NCBI GenBank assembly: GCA_965204535.1
Contig: OZ241996.1
Span: 1,312,001 to 1,376,000, forward strand
Origin: a bacterium
GTDB lineage: Bacteria > UBA8248
Length of the DNA stretch: 64,000 nucleotides
Reading direction: 5' to 3'
This document shows, one piece after another, positions 37,914 through 48,005 of this stretch. A model generated the notes under the pieces. It worked only from the letters and a program-made list of their open reading frames with translations. It was not told the origin of the DNA and did no database searches. Both the position numbers and the translations under genes were made by a program. How positions within the stretch are numbered: position 1 is the stretch's first letter; every line of letters starts with the position of its first letter.

Positions 37914-39593
37914 GTGACCACGCCACCTGAATCCTCTAATCCGGGACGAGAAGAAAATACTTTTGCCGCTGCGCCGGCAGGGAATGGCGATTCCTCGCCG
38001 GAGGAGAGTATTTCCAGGTTTGCGGGTCCCGTTAGCTTGGCCACTCTCCTCAGTCGCGTTGCGGGTTTTTTCCGGGATTTGCTCATCGCCAAATTTTTTG
38101 GCGCCGCGATGATGGCCGATGCCTTTTTTGTCGCATTTGCGATTCCCAATCTTTTCAGGCGCATGTTCATGGAAGGGGCTCTGAGTTCCTCGTTTCTTCC
38201 TGTTTACTCCGATGTGCGAGAGCAATCCGGGATCAAAGAAGCAAAAAAATTCGCCGGCGGCATGTTGGTGTTTCTCATCTTCGCAGGGAGTGCGGGCTGC
38301 GCGATAGGGATTTGGTTCGCTGACCCTTTGATGAGAGTGCTGGCGCCTGGTTTTTCGAGCAACCCGGAAAAACTGGATCTCGCGGCGCAACTCACCAGAA
38401 TTATGTTTCCGTTCATTGTTTTTATCGGGCTGTGGGCGGTCGCAGCCGGTATGTTGAACGCGGCGCGCCGCTTTTTCGTGCCTGCTTTCGCACCCGCGCT
38501 CCAGAACGTGGTTATCATCTTTGCTCTTTTGCTGGCGGATTTTTGGGCAAACAGGGCGGAAGCCATCCGTTGGCTCGCCTGGGCCGTCGTCATTGGCGGG
38601 GCGACGCAGTTTTTCTTCCAACTCCCCTTCATGGGGAAATTGCGAATTTTACCGCTTCCCTCTATTCCCTGGAGGGTGGAGGGTGTCGGTAGATGCCTGG
38701 CGCTGATGGGGCCGGCGGCTCTTGGCGGTGTTGTTTTTCAGGTCAATGTTCTCGTTGACAGGTGGCTGGCTTCGTTCCTGGCGGAAGGCTCCATTTCTTA
38801 TCTCTACTATGCGAACCGATTGGTTCAGCTCCCTCATGGCATATTGAGTCTCGCGGTGGTGTCCGCCGTTTTGCCGGTTTTGTCTGATTATGCGGCGCAA
38901 AACAGGGAAAATTCTGTATCGGGAGATTCCGAGCGGGGCGCCATGCTCGAGGCGGGGAGGCTGACGCTGTTCATCACCATTCCCTCTTCATTCGGCCTGA
39001 TGGTTTTAGCCCACCCGATCATGGAGGTTATTTTCGAGCGGGGCGCCTTTACGCAAAGCCATACCGCTGCGAGCGCAGCCGCTTTGCGGGCGTATGCGGC
39101 AGGGTTGATGTTTTTCGGGATCACGAGACTTTTGGCCGGGGTGTTTCACGCTCGATTGAACACGAGTTTTCCGGTGAAGTGCGCCAATATCACTGTCCTC
39201 GCCAACGTGGTACTCAGCGTCGCCCTGATGTTCCCTCTCGGGTTTATCGGCCTCGCGCTCGCCACGTCGTGCTCAAGCGCCTTAAACGCGGTGCTGTTGC
39301 TGCGGGGCGTCATGCGCGAGTGGAGCGATTTTCCGAAAAAGGAGTTGGCTCATTCCCTGAGCAGGCTTCTGGTGCTTGGAATCTTGACGGGGGTTCTCGC
39401 ATATTTCATCCATCTGCAACTCGTTCATCTGCAATTGTGGGATGCGCAGCACTCGTCGGCCCTTAAATTGGCGATGATGATGCTCGAGGTATCCCTGGCC
39501 GCCTGCTTCTATATTTTCATGGCGAAAAAAATCGATGCTTCTTCATATGAAACCTGGTGCCGTTTCACTCGCCTCACATGGAGAAAATCTTGA
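37914..39593 (+). CDS. murJ: Lipid II flippase MurJ
   Basis: SRVAGFFRD, ADAFFVAFAIPNLFRRMFMEGA, YYANRLVQLP, FERGAF. Confidence 0.95.
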   Translation: MTTPPESSNPGREENTFAAAPAGNGDSSPEESISRFAGPVSLATLLSRVAGFFRDLLIAKFFGAAMMADAFFVAFAIPNLFRRMFMEGALSSSFLPVYSDVREQSGIKEAKKFAGGMLVFLIFAGSAGCAIGIWFADPLMRVLAPGFSSNPEKLDLAAQLTRIMFPFIVFIGLWAVAAGMLNAARRFFVPAFAPALQNVVIIFALLLADFWANRAEAIRWLAWAVVIGGATQFFFQLPFMGKLRILPLPSIPWRVEGVGRCLALMGPAALGGVVFQVNVLVDRWLASFLAEGSISYLYYANRLVQLPHGILSLAVVSAVLPVLSDYAAQNRENSVSGDSERGAMLEAGRLTLFITIPSSFGLMVLAHPIMEVIFERGAFTQSHTAASAAALRAYAAGLMFFGITRLLAGVFHARLNTSFPVKCANITVLANVVLSVALMFPLGFIGLALATSCSSALNAVLLLRGVMREWSDFPKKELAHSLSRLLVLGILTGVLAYFIHLQLVHLQLWDAQHSSALKLAMMMLEVSLAACFYIFMAKKIDASSYETWCRFTRLTWRKS

Positions 39594-40564
39594 GCAATGG
39601 GGATCAAGCGGTGACAAAGGAAAAGTTTTCGACTGAAGAGCACGAAAAAAATAATCAGGTTTCGCTGGATACGAGCCTGGTCGATATTTTAAGAACTTTC
39701 AGGGATTTCCTTCTTATCGAGCGCCGCCGTGCGGTGAATACCGTCGAGAGTTACGGGCGCGACGTCGAATCGTTTTTCTATTGGCTCCAGGAAAACGAGG
39801 ACGTTTCACCGGCGAATTGGTCGAAGAGCATCGTCATTGATTATCTCAAGGATAAGCGGGAGAAGGGGAAATCGGACACCACGCTGCGGCGGCACTTGGC
39901 GTCCATTCGCGCGCTCGCCAGATTGTTGGTTCGCGACGGGTACGCAAAGGAGGATTTTACGGCGGACATTGCGCAACCTGCAAAATGGAAACGTTTGCCC
40001 AAGACCCTTTCGCAAGAAGAGATGTCAAAGATTTTGCTGGCGCCTGACGGCAAAACACCGCAGGCGGTGCGGGATAAGGCGATGTTCGAGCTTTTGTACG
40101 CCACCGGCATGCGCGTCAGTGAGATCATTCGACTCAAACTCAACCAAATTGAACTTGAATCGGGTTTTTGCATTGTTCACGGAAAGGGAGATAAGTCCCG
40201 GCTTGTTCCCATAGGAGATGCAGCGAAAGATATGCTTGCGGATTATCTTGGCGCCGCTCGACAAAGTCTGCTACGCGCCCGGAAATCGGATTATGTGTTT
40301 CTCACGGGCCGGGGAGGACCCATGACCCGTCAAGCTTTTTGGGCGCGGGTCAAGAGATGGGCCAAAGAAGCAGGTGTGGGCAAAAGCGTGAGTCCCCATG
40401 TGTTTCGACACAGCTTTGCAACTCATTTGCTCAATCACGGGGCCGATCTGCGGGCCGTTCAGGCGATGCTCGGGCATTCGGATATTTCCACCACCGAGGT
40501 CTACACGCATGTTGATAGAGAAAAACTGCGGGGACTCTTGGACAAGAGCCACCCGAGGGGGTAG
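39590..40564 (+). CDS. xerD: Site-specific tyrosine recombinase XerD
   Basis: RDKAMFELLYATGMRVSE, GKGDKSRLVP, SPHVFRHSFATHLLNHGADLRAVQAMLGH, TTEVYTHV, HPR end; start uncertain (TTG 39590 overlapping the murJ stop). Confidence 0.93.
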   Translation: MSNGDQAVTKEKFSTEEHEKNNQVSLDTSLVDILRTFRDFLLIERRRAVNTVESYGRDVESFFYWLQENEDVSPANWSKSIVIDYLKDKREKGKSDTTLRRHLASIRALARLLVRDGYAKEDFTADIAQPAKWKRLPKTLSQEEMSKILLAPDGKTPQAVRDKAMFELLYATGMRVSEIIRLKLNQIELESGFCIVHGKGDKSRLVPIGDAAKDMLADYLGAARQSLLRARKSDYVFLTGRGGPMTRQAFWARVKRWAKEAGVGKSVSPHVFRHSFATHLLNHGADLRAVQAMLGHSDISTTEVYTHVDREKLRGLLDKSHPRG

Positions 40565-40587
40565 GAAATAAAAATAAAGTTCTTTTG

Positions 40588-40616
40588 TTGACGCCTGAAA
40601 TTCTGGGGCGTACGAT
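40588..40616 (+). promoter_or_regulatory. Putative sigma70 promoter of the phoH operon
   Basis: TTGACG (40588-93), 17 nt, TACGAT (40611-16), A-rich UP-like tract upstream. Confidence 0.6.
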
Positions 40617-40698
40617 CAAATGGCGCATGGAGCTTGGATTTTCTTTTCGAAAGATGACACATGCAAATACGGGGAGCCTGAATCTTTTGGCGACAAGG

Positions 40699-41643
40699 AT
40701 GTCTGCAAGCCCGCTGGCCGGGCCGGATAGGCTGGTTCATATCATTGGGAATCGGGATGAATCTCTCAAGGCCGTAGAGAGGGCGTTTAACGTAAAAGTC
40801 AGACTTGCGTCAGAGGGGTTCGTAGTTGAAGGCCCGCCCGATGCCGCCGAGAAGGCCCGACTGTTCCTGGATGAGTTGACGGAATGCGTGGAGGAGGGAT
40901 TTCGGTTCGATCCGTTGAACGTCAAGACGCTGGCGCAGGCCGTTGCGGTTGAGCAAGACGTTACGCTTCGTTCCCTGGTGACGAATCGGATATCGGTTTC
41001 ATCGAAGAAACGATACGTCGTTCCCAAGGGCCCGGTCCAGAGTGAATACATAAGGGCGATTCGCGAAAAGGGAGTGACATTCGGAATCGGGCCGGCCGGA
41101 ACGGGGAAAACCTATCTGGCCATGGCTTTGGCGGTTTCCGGGTTGCTGGAGAAGGCATACGCTCGCATTGTGTTGACGAGGCCGGTTGTGGAGGCAGGCG
41201 AGAAGCTCGGGTTTTTGCCTGGTGATTTGCAGGAGAAGGTGAACCCATATCTCAGGCCGCTGTTTGACGCGCTGAACGATATGGTGGAATTCGAACGGGT
41301 GGAGCGTTTCATTCAAAGGGGTGAGATAGAGATAGCGCCGCTCGCATATATGAGGGGCCGTTCGCTGAATGATTCTTTCATCATATTGGATGAAGCGCAG
41401 AACACGACGCCCGAGCAGATGAAAATGTTCCTCACCCGCCTCGGCACCCGAAGCAAAGCGGTCGTAACGGGGGACATTACGCAAATCGATTTGCCCGAAA
41501 CTTCCGGTTGCGGGCTGATTCACGCTCAAGACGTTTTGGGAGATTTAGAAGAAGTTTGTTTCGTCTATTTCAGCGAACGAGATGTGGTTCGCACGCAATT
41601 GGTGAGAAAAATCGTTTCTGCATACGAGGCCCACAGTTTATAG
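40699..41643 (+). CDS. phoH: PhoH family ATPase (YbeZ-like)
   Basis: GPAGTGKTYLA, LTRPVVEAGEKLGFLPGDL, LAYMRGR, ILDEAQN; start placed downstream of the predicted promoter (uncertain). Confidence 0.93.
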   Translation: MSASPLAGPDRLVHIIGNRDESLKAVERAFNVKVRLASEGFVVEGPPDAAEKARLFLDELTECVEEGFRFDPLNVKTLAQAVAVEQDVTLRSLVTNRISVSSKKRYVVPKGPVQSEYIRAIREKGVTFGIGPAGTGKTYLAMALAVSGLLEKAYARIVLTRPVVEAGEKLGFLPGDLQEKVNPYLRPLFDALNDMVEFERVERFIQRGEIEIAPLAYMRGRSLNDSFIILDEAQNTTPEQMKMFLTRLGTRSKAVVTGDITQIDLPETSGCGLIHAQDVLGDLEEVCFVYFSERDVVRTQLVRKIVSAYEAHSL

Positions 41644-41742
41644 GCGAGTTCTCCGAAGAGTGCTTGCAATGCCGGGGGCGTTCACATATAGCCGATACGT
41701 CCACGATCCCTTCATAACTGAAGGATTCTGGAGATTGATCGC

Positions 41743-44232
41743 GTGATCCATCGAGCCGGCGTCGGGAAAACTGCCGGAAAACCCAAAAACATCTTTTTGC
41801 GTCTACTGGCGTCGGCGAGACGGTCGCTCGTGGATTGCGCCCTGGCGTTTGCCAACACAAGGACATATCCATGGATTCTGGGCGGGACGCTCGCCGTTGT
41901 GCTCTCGTTTCTGCTCACAACCGATCTTTCGGCGCCACGTGTGTCTTTCGAGGTGGGCGACGTCGTTCCCAGGGACATTAAAGCTCCGCAAGATATGCGC
42001 GTGGTCGATCCCATCGCCACGAATGCGAAGCGCCAGGCAGCCAGAGAAAAAGTCCTGCCTCGTTACGATATTGATACCCAACTTTCACAAGTTGTCCTTA
42101 CCAGGTTGAATGGCGCATTTGAATCCATTCAACGGTCGGTAGACAAAGAACTTGAGAAAGTAAAAGCGGAGCAATTGAAGAAACGGGCCAAGCAGAAGAG
42201 CCGGACTATTTTCTCCGAGTCGGAAGCATATCAGGAAATGTACGCTACTCCCACATTCGTCAAGGCCGAGAGCGCCTTTCACAAGCTCGTGGGAGATAAG
42301 GTTCCGAAGGAATTGGCCGTTTGGTTGAGAAACGAGAGGTTCGCGAACTGGATTCGGGAAGATATCGCCAAATTGTTAAAGGCGGCGTATGCGCATCAAA
42401 TCGTGAGTGACAAGCAATTGTACGCCACCCATGCGGCGAAAGGGATTACGGCGCGTGACATTAGGACAGGGAATCGCGTTTCCGTCAGCCGGTCTATGAA
42501 TCCTCTGGAGCTAAGGCAGGTAGATACATTACTCAAACAAGAAGCTCGAAAAATACTTCCCCACCAAATGCCTCAGAAAGTCGGGGCTTTGCTAATTGCT
42601 CAAACCTTGAAAATGATTCGACCGACGCTGACATTCAACAACAGGGCGACACTTGAGAGCAGAGAAAAGGCCGCGGCCACGGTTCCACCTATCTCTGAAG
42701 TTCTCAAGCAAGGGGAAATGATCGTTCGCGAGGGAGAACGTTTGAGCGAAGGACAAATTGTAAAACTCAAGAGTTTGGAGAATATCCACCGACAAAGTCA
42801 TGTGATAGGCAATTTCACCGGCACTGCTTTGGTGGTTTTCATTCTGCTCATTCTGGCATGGATTTGTGTGCAGAAATACGATGTGAGTTTTTTGTCATCG
42901 CAAAAAAACGTCACACTTTTTGTAATACTGCTTCTGAGTCAAGCCGTTTTGCTGAAATTGGGCATTCTTTTTTCCGAAGTGTTGCATGAAACTTTCCGGG
43001 GAATCCCACTCCACTCGTTTTACTATGTCATTCCATTTTGCTCCGCTTCTCTTCTTGCAGCCGTTTTGCTGGGACGCTCATCGGCGGTGTTGATGGCGGT
43101 TTTCTCCGCCGTTCTGACTGGACTGATTTTGCCGAATCACATCAATTTCAGCATCGTCGCTCTCGGCGGCGGCGTGCTGGCGGCCATCCGATGGAAAGAA
43201 TATCGACGCAGGACTTCTGTGCTTATCGTGGCGTTCATCCTGGGTTTGTTGGGCGCTGCGCTCGCCCTGGGTTTCAATATGCAAGAGGGTTTCAGCGCCG
43301 CAATCATACAGTGGACGGATATTCCCATCGCCTTGCTCGGCGGTCTTTCGAACGTCATCATCGTCGCGGGGGCCATGCCCCTGCTCGAGTCGATTTTCAA
43401 ACTCACGACCGATATGCGTCTTCTGGAGTTGGCCGACCAGAATCACCCACTATTGAGAAAGATGGTCGTCGGCGCGCCGGGCACCTATCACCACAGCCTT
43501 CTCGTCGGCAACCTGGCGGAGGAGGCGTCCGAGGCGATCGGCGCGAATCCGCTTCTGACCCGTGTAGGAGCGTATTTCCACGATATCGGCAAGATGATGA
43601 AACCGGAATATTTCATCGAAAATCAGGGTCGGGAAAACCGTCACGATAGACTGAAGCCCAACATGAGCGCGCTCATCCTGATCAGCCATGTAAAAGAGGG
43701 GGTAGAACTTGCCAAAAGCCATCAACTGCCCAAAGAGATTATCGATTTGATTCAGCAACACCATGGCACATCCTTGATTCGATTTTTTTACGAGAAAGCG
43801 AAGAAGCAAAATGGGGATGGCGCGACAGAAGAGTTTTTCCGCTATCCGGGGCCAAGACCTCAGACGAGAGAAGCGGGCATCCTGATGTTGGCTGATATGG
43901 TGGAAGCATCGTCGCACTCGCTTTCGGATCATTCTCATGGGCGCCTCACCGCTTTGGTAGATAGAATTGTCCAGAGTGCTTTTGCGGAGGGACAATTGGA
44001 CAATTGCAGTCTCACGCTCAGGGATTTGAGCAACATTCAGGACGCCTTCATGCGCGTTTTGGTTGGTATTCATCATCACCGGATTCATTATCCAGGGCAG
44101 GAAGACGCTCCTAAGAAAGGAGCTGCGAATGGAAGTCCTCATCAAAAACCAGCAAAAGCTGTTCGCGCTGGATCACAAAGCGCTGAAGCAACGTTTGGAA
44201 GTCATACGGAAAGCTCTCCGGTCCGGAGATGA
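41743..44232 (+). CDS. 7TM-HD family phosphohydrolase (PgpH/YqfF-like, HDIG domain)
   Basis: Extracellular domain, 7 TM segments, APGTYHHS, YFHDIGK, FIENQ, QHHGT, RYPGPRPQ, MLAD. Confidence 0.92.
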   Translation: MIHRAGVGKTAGKPKNIFLRLLASARRSLVDCALAFANTRTYPWILGGTLAVVLSFLLTTDLSAPRVSFEVGDVVPRDIKAPQDMRVVDPIATNAKRQAAREKVLPRYDIDTQLSQVVLTRLNGAFESIQRSVDKELEKVKAEQLKKRAKQKSRTIFSESEAYQEMYATPTFVKAESAFHKLVGDKVPKELAVWLRNERFANWIREDIAKLLKAAYAHQIVSDKQLYATHAAKGITARDIRTGNRVSVSRSMNPLELRQVDTLLKQEARKILPHQMPQKVGALLIAQTLKMIRPTLTFNNRATLESREKAAATVPPISEVLKQGEMIVREGERLSEGQIVKLKSLENIHRQSHVIGNFTGTALVVFILLILAWICVQKYDVSFLSSQKNVTLFVILLLSQAVLLKLGILFSEVLHETFRGIPLHSFYYVIPFCSASLLAAVLLGRSSAVLMAVFSAVLTGLILPNHINFSIVALGGGVLAAIRWKEYRRRTSVLIVAFILGLLGAALALGFNMQEGFSAAIIQWTDIPIALLGGLSNVIIVAGAMPLLESIFKLTTDMRLLELADQNHPLLRKMVVGAPGTYHHSLLVGNLAEEASEAIGANPLLTRVGAYFHDIGKMMKPEYFIENQGRENRHDRLKPNMSALILISHVKEGVELAKSHQLPKEIIDLIQQHHGTSLIRFFYEKAKKQNGDGATEEFFRYPGPRPQTREAGILMLADMVEASSHSLSDHSHGRLTALVDRIVQSAFAEGQLDNCSLTLRDLSNIQDAFMRVLVGIHHHRIHYPGQEDAPKKGAANGSPHQKPAKAVRAGSQSAEATFGSHTESSPVRR

Positions 44233-44611
44233 CGGGTTCAGCGTCATATTTATTCGAGACGAGGAGATGCGAGCGTTAAATTCGCGATATCGGCGGGAAG
44301 ATAAAACAACGGATGTCTTGGCTTTTCCGCCAGCTGATTTCTTTCCGTTCGTGGGTGAACAAAAAGGGGAAGAAACATTTTTAGGAGAAGTGGTCATCTG
44401 CGTGGATGAGGTGCTTCGCCAGGCGGAGGCCGAGGCAGTGGATTACGGAGTCTTGGCGGAGCGTCTGCTCGTACATGGCCTTCTACACCTCAAGGGGTAT
44501 GACCATTACACGGAGTCTGAATCTGCGCGCATGGGTGAGGAAGAAAAAAGAATAGCTTTTTTGCTTGACGGAGAGTGGCTCTATCGAGAAAGGCGTGAAA
44601 ATTTCGAATAG
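44129..44611 (+). CDS. ybeY: rRNA maturation RNase YbeY
   Basis: LNSRYR..DKTTDVLAF, LGEVVIC, HGLLHLKGYDH; ATG 44129 with AAGGAG SD. Confidence 0.94.
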   Translation: MEVLIKNQQKLFALDHKALKQRLEVIRKALRSGDDGFSVIFIRDEEMRALNSRYRREDKTTDVLAFPPADFFPFVGEQKGEETFLGEVVICVDEVLRQAEAEAVDYGVLAERLLVHGLLHLKGYDHYTESESARMGEEEKRIAFLLDGEWLYRERRENFE

Positions 44612-44792
44612 ATAATTGTGGGTGCCATGACACAGGAATTTTGAGTCAATTGCACATTGTTTCTCGTTGGAGAGAACTTAATCTCTTGCCCATTCTCATT
44701 GGCGTGAGGGTGATTTCTGGGAATTTAGAAACGGCCTGCAATCAAATCCGCCCCGATTTTGAAATCTGAAACCTGATGGACTTGGTAGTGAT

Positions 44793-45191
44793 ATGGGTAG
44801 CCTTCGACTCATCATCGGCTTGATTTTGGCATTGGCGATATCGAGCTTCGGTGTCATCAACATGAAGCCGGTGACCGTTGCCTATTATCAGGGCAGCGTC
44901 AACTTGCCTCTTTTTTATGTTCTGTTGGCTGTGTTTGTATGCGGTTTCATGGTGGCATGGTTTGGCGGGGCATTGGACAGATTGAAGTTCAGGAGTCAGA
45001 TAGGAAAATTAAAGCGGGAAGTCAAGACGTTAGAGAATAATCTGGATGAGGTGCGTGAGCAAAGCGGCAAGCTTCTTACCATGGGAAATACGCAAATCGA
45101 TGAATCCGTTGCCGCACGTGATGAACCCACGTCAAAAACGGATTCGAAGTCTCAGATCAGTCTATCCCCCCGCGAATCGAAGGCGGAATAG
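44793..45191 (+). CDS. lapA: LapA family (DUF1049) lipopolysaccharide assembly protein
   Basis: TM1-FGVINMKPVTV-loop-LPL-TM2 followed by a coiled coil (LKREVKTLENNL). Confidence 0.75.
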   Translation: MGSLRLIIGLILALAISSFGVINMKPVTVAYYQGSVNLPLFYVLLAVFVCGFMVAWFGGALDRLKFRSQIGKLKREVKTLENNLDEVREQSGKLLTMGNTQIDESVAARDEPTSKTDSKSQISLSPRESKAE

Positions 45192-45193
45192 GT

Positions 45194-47878
45194 ATGTCCT
45201 CTCCTAAAGGCGCCCTGCAAGCCAAGAAAGAAAAAAATACATCCGGCAAAAGTAGCCCTGGCCCTTCTCCTGCGATGCGCCAATATCTGGAAATGAAAAG
45301 ACGCTATCCGGACGCGATACTGTTTTTCCAGTTGGGTGATTTTTTCGAAATGTTCTATGAAGACGCGAAACTCGGGGCGAAAGTGTTGGAACTCGCGTTA
45401 ACGTCGCGCCAGAGTGATGACAAGGGACCTATCCCGATGTGTGGTGTGCCTTGCCATTCGGCCTCTTCATACTGTGGGCGATTGCTGGAAGCGGGCTATA
45501 AAGTCGCCATATGTGAGCAGGTGGAAGACGCAAGAGAAAGTAAGGGAGTTGTAAAACGTGAGGTAACTCGCGTCCTGACCCCAGGCACTTCGATTGCCGA
45601 CCTAGAGTTACTTGATAGCAAGGAATCTCAATACTTGGCGGGGATCACCGTATCGGCCAGAGAAGGAGAGACGCTTTGGGGAATGGCATGGCTCGATAGT
45701 TCGACCGGTGAGTTTTGTGCAACGCAGGTGGAAGGCGATTCTGCCGAGACGCTGATTTGCAATCAATTGGAGAGGCTCTCTCCTCGTGAACTTATTTTCC
45801 CAGATGCATTTTCCCCTCCAGATGGGTTGAAAAACAAAATTGATGAGCTAAGCATTCATATTGAAAAAAGACCGGACGCCACTTTTTGCGAGTCACTTGA
45901 TGCCAAAAGCCTGGGTTCCACATTTGCGGATGAAGCGAATGTTCTGGCGTATCCGGTAGCAGCAGATTCCGCCGTAGGTGTTTTAACGTATCTCAAAGAA
46001 AACCAGCCTGGAGATTTTCCCCATCTCAAGCCTGTCTTTTTCTCTAGACTCTCAGACTCCATGATTCTCGATACAGCCACGTTGCGAAATTTAGAAATTA
46101 CCCGTCCGGCAGTGGATCGGGGGAAACGGGGCACTCTGTTCGGTTTGCTGGATGAAACGTCAACGGGTATGGGGGGACGGCTGCTGAAAAAATGGGTGCT
46201 TTCACCCTTGATTCAAAAAAAAGCCATCGAATATCGCGCCGAATCAGTAGAAGAACTCGTGAACAATTCCGAAATCCTGAATAGACTCAAAAAAGCCCTT
46301 GAACCTATTCAAGATATCGAGCGGCTTCTGGGACGCGTGGGTTCTCAGACTGCGAATGCCCGAGATATAGCTGGACTAGGCGGATCTTTGGCCATGTTGC
46401 CGGAAGTTTGTGAGGCGCTCGAAGGGATGGCTTCTGAATTGTTTTGTTCCGTCCGGTCGGGCTGGGATTCACTCGAGGACGTAGCGTTGGAACTGAAGAA
46501 CGCGATTGTAGATGATCCGCCTGTTTCCATTCGAGAAGGTGGAATATTTCGAACTGATTATGACCCGGTACTTGCCCGCCTGAGAAAGGCGCAGCAGGAG
46601 GGTGATTCGTGGCTCAAGAATTATGAAAGCAGGGAAAAAGAACGAACGGGGCTGTCTCTGAAAATCGGGTTCAACCGCGTTTTTGGATATTATCTGGAGA
46701 TTCCCAAACGCTTCAGTGAGCAGGCACCGATGGAATATACGCGCAAGCAAACCCTCGTTTCTGCCGAGCGATACATTACTTCCGAGTTGAAAAAGATGGA
46801 AGAAGACCTACTCGGCGCGGAGGAAAAAGCCCATCACCTCGAGTTCATGCTTTTCGGGCGCTTAAGAACGCAAATATCTCAACACGCCAAGCGAATACTT
46901 GCCGCCGCCGAGAGGATAGCGATTCTGGATGCCGTTTTGTCCCTTGCGCTCGTTGCGCGCAAATTCGGATATGTCAGACCCCGAATTATGGATTCTACCG
47001 ATCTGGAAATCATGGAGGGGAGGCATCCCGTCATAGAGGCGGAGAATCCTGGCCTCTCTTTCGTGCCGAACGATTTGTCGATCCGTGACGACCGCCGAAT
47101 ACTCATTATCACAGGGCCGAATATGGCCGGTAAATCCACTTACCTGCGTCAAACGGCACTCATCATTCTAATGGCGCAGATTGGCAGTTTCGTACCAGCC
47201 AAGAGCGCGAAAATCGGTTTGGTTGACAGGGTGTTCACTCGCGTTGGTGCGCATGACCGACTTTTGGAGGGGCAAAGCACCTTCATGGTGGAGATGGTGG
47301 AAACGGCCACCATATTAAGAGAGTCGACCCAGAGGAGTTTCATCGTCCTGGACGAGGTCGGGCGAGGTACGAGTACCTATGATGGCGTCAGCATTGCATG
47401 GTCAATTGTTGAGTATCTTCATAACAAGGTCCAGCACAGGGCGAGGACTTTGTTTGCGACTCATTATCATGAGTTGGCCGAACTCTCAAAAGAGCTCGCT
47501 TGCGTGAAAAACTTGACGGTCGAGGTCCGGGAGTGGGGTGATGAAATCGTTTTCTTGCGAAAAGTAACCGATGGCAGTTGCGATAGAAGCTACGGCATTC
47601 AGGTAGGCAGGCTGGCGGGACTTCCGGAAGAGGTTATCGACCGAGCAAAGACGTTGCTCTCTCGGTTTGAGAGTACGGAGACGACCTCTCGTTCCAGCGA
47701 CGAAAAATCTAATTTGGAAAATCGCTGGGGCAATGGGCAATTGCCTTTGTTTTCAGGAACAGAATCGAAAATCGAAAATTTGTTGAAAAGCATCGATCCG
47801 GATTCCATGACACCTCGTCAAGCTCTCGAAACCCTGTATGAACTCAGGGAAATCATGGCAAATGTTGAGCAGCGATAA
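45194..47878 (+). CDS. mutS: DNA mismatch repair protein MutS
   Basis: MRQYL, GDFFEMF, PMCGVP, TGPNMAGKSTY, STFMVEM, DEVGRGTST, FATHYHEL, SYGIQV. Confidence 0.97.
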   Translation: MSSPKGALQAKKEKNTSGKSSPGPSPAMRQYLEMKRRYPDAILFFQLGDFFEMFYEDAKLGAKVLELALTSRQSDDKGPIPMCGVPCHSASSYCGRLLEAGYKVAICEQVEDARESKGVVKREVTRVLTPGTSIADLELLDSKESQYLAGITVSAREGETLWGMAWLDSSTGEFCATQVEGDSAETLICNQLERLSPRELIFPDAFSPPDGLKNKIDELSIHIEKRPDATFCESLDAKSLGSTFADEANVLAYPVAADSAVGVLTYLKENQPGDFPHLKPVFFSRLSDSMILDTATLRNLEITRPAVDRGKRGTLFGLLDETSTGMGGRLLKKWVLSPLIQKKAIEYRAESVEELVNNSEILNRLKKALEPIQDIERLLGRVGSQTANARDIAGLGGSLAMLPEVCEALEGMASELFCSVRSGWDSLEDVALELKNAIVDDPPVSIREGGIFRTDYDPVLARLRKAQQEGDSWLKNYESREKERTGLSLKIGFNRVFGYYLEIPKRFSEQAPMEYTRKQTLVSAERYITSELKKMEEDLLGAEEKAHHLEFMLFGRLRTQISQHAKRILAAAERIAILDAVLSLALVARKFGYVRPRIMDSTDLEIMEGRHPVIEAENPGLSFVPNDLSIRDDRRILIITGPNMAGKSTYLRQTALIILMAQIGSFVPAKSAKIGLVDRVFTRVGAHDRLLEGQSTFMVEMVETATILRESTQRSFIVLDEVGRGTSTYDGVSIAWSIVEYLHNKVQHRARTLFATHYHELAELSKELACVKNLTVEVREWGDEIVFLRKVTDGSCDRSYGIQVGRLAGLPEEVIDRAKTLLSRFESTETTSRSSDEKSNLENRWGNGQLPLFSGTESKIENLLKSIDPDSMTPRQALETLYELREIMANVEQR

Positions 47879-48005
47879 CAGCAGGGCCAGGTCACAGCGC
47901 ATAATCCGGAAGTGCTCCACGGACATGAAGCCACGGAAGTCAAACAAGGTATTGAGAGCTTTTTTTATATGCGATAGCATTGAATTTCAAGGCCAAGGGG
48001 AGCAT

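Noticed and set aside
39590-40564. Tyrosine recombinase as a phage/island integrase
   Set aside because: Motifs and the HPR C-terminus match chromosomal XerD; flanked by core genes with no att-like repeats
40585-40698. Longer PhoH start at 40585
   Set aside because: The TTG coincides with a predicted -35 box region and the extension has no family similarity
41644-41742. Possible c-di-AMP (ydaO) riboswitch before the 7TM-HD gene, or FMN riboswitch before ribD
   Set aside because: No recognisable consensus; the gaps are short (ribD starts ~16 nt after ppdK). An Infernal/Rfam scan would be decisive
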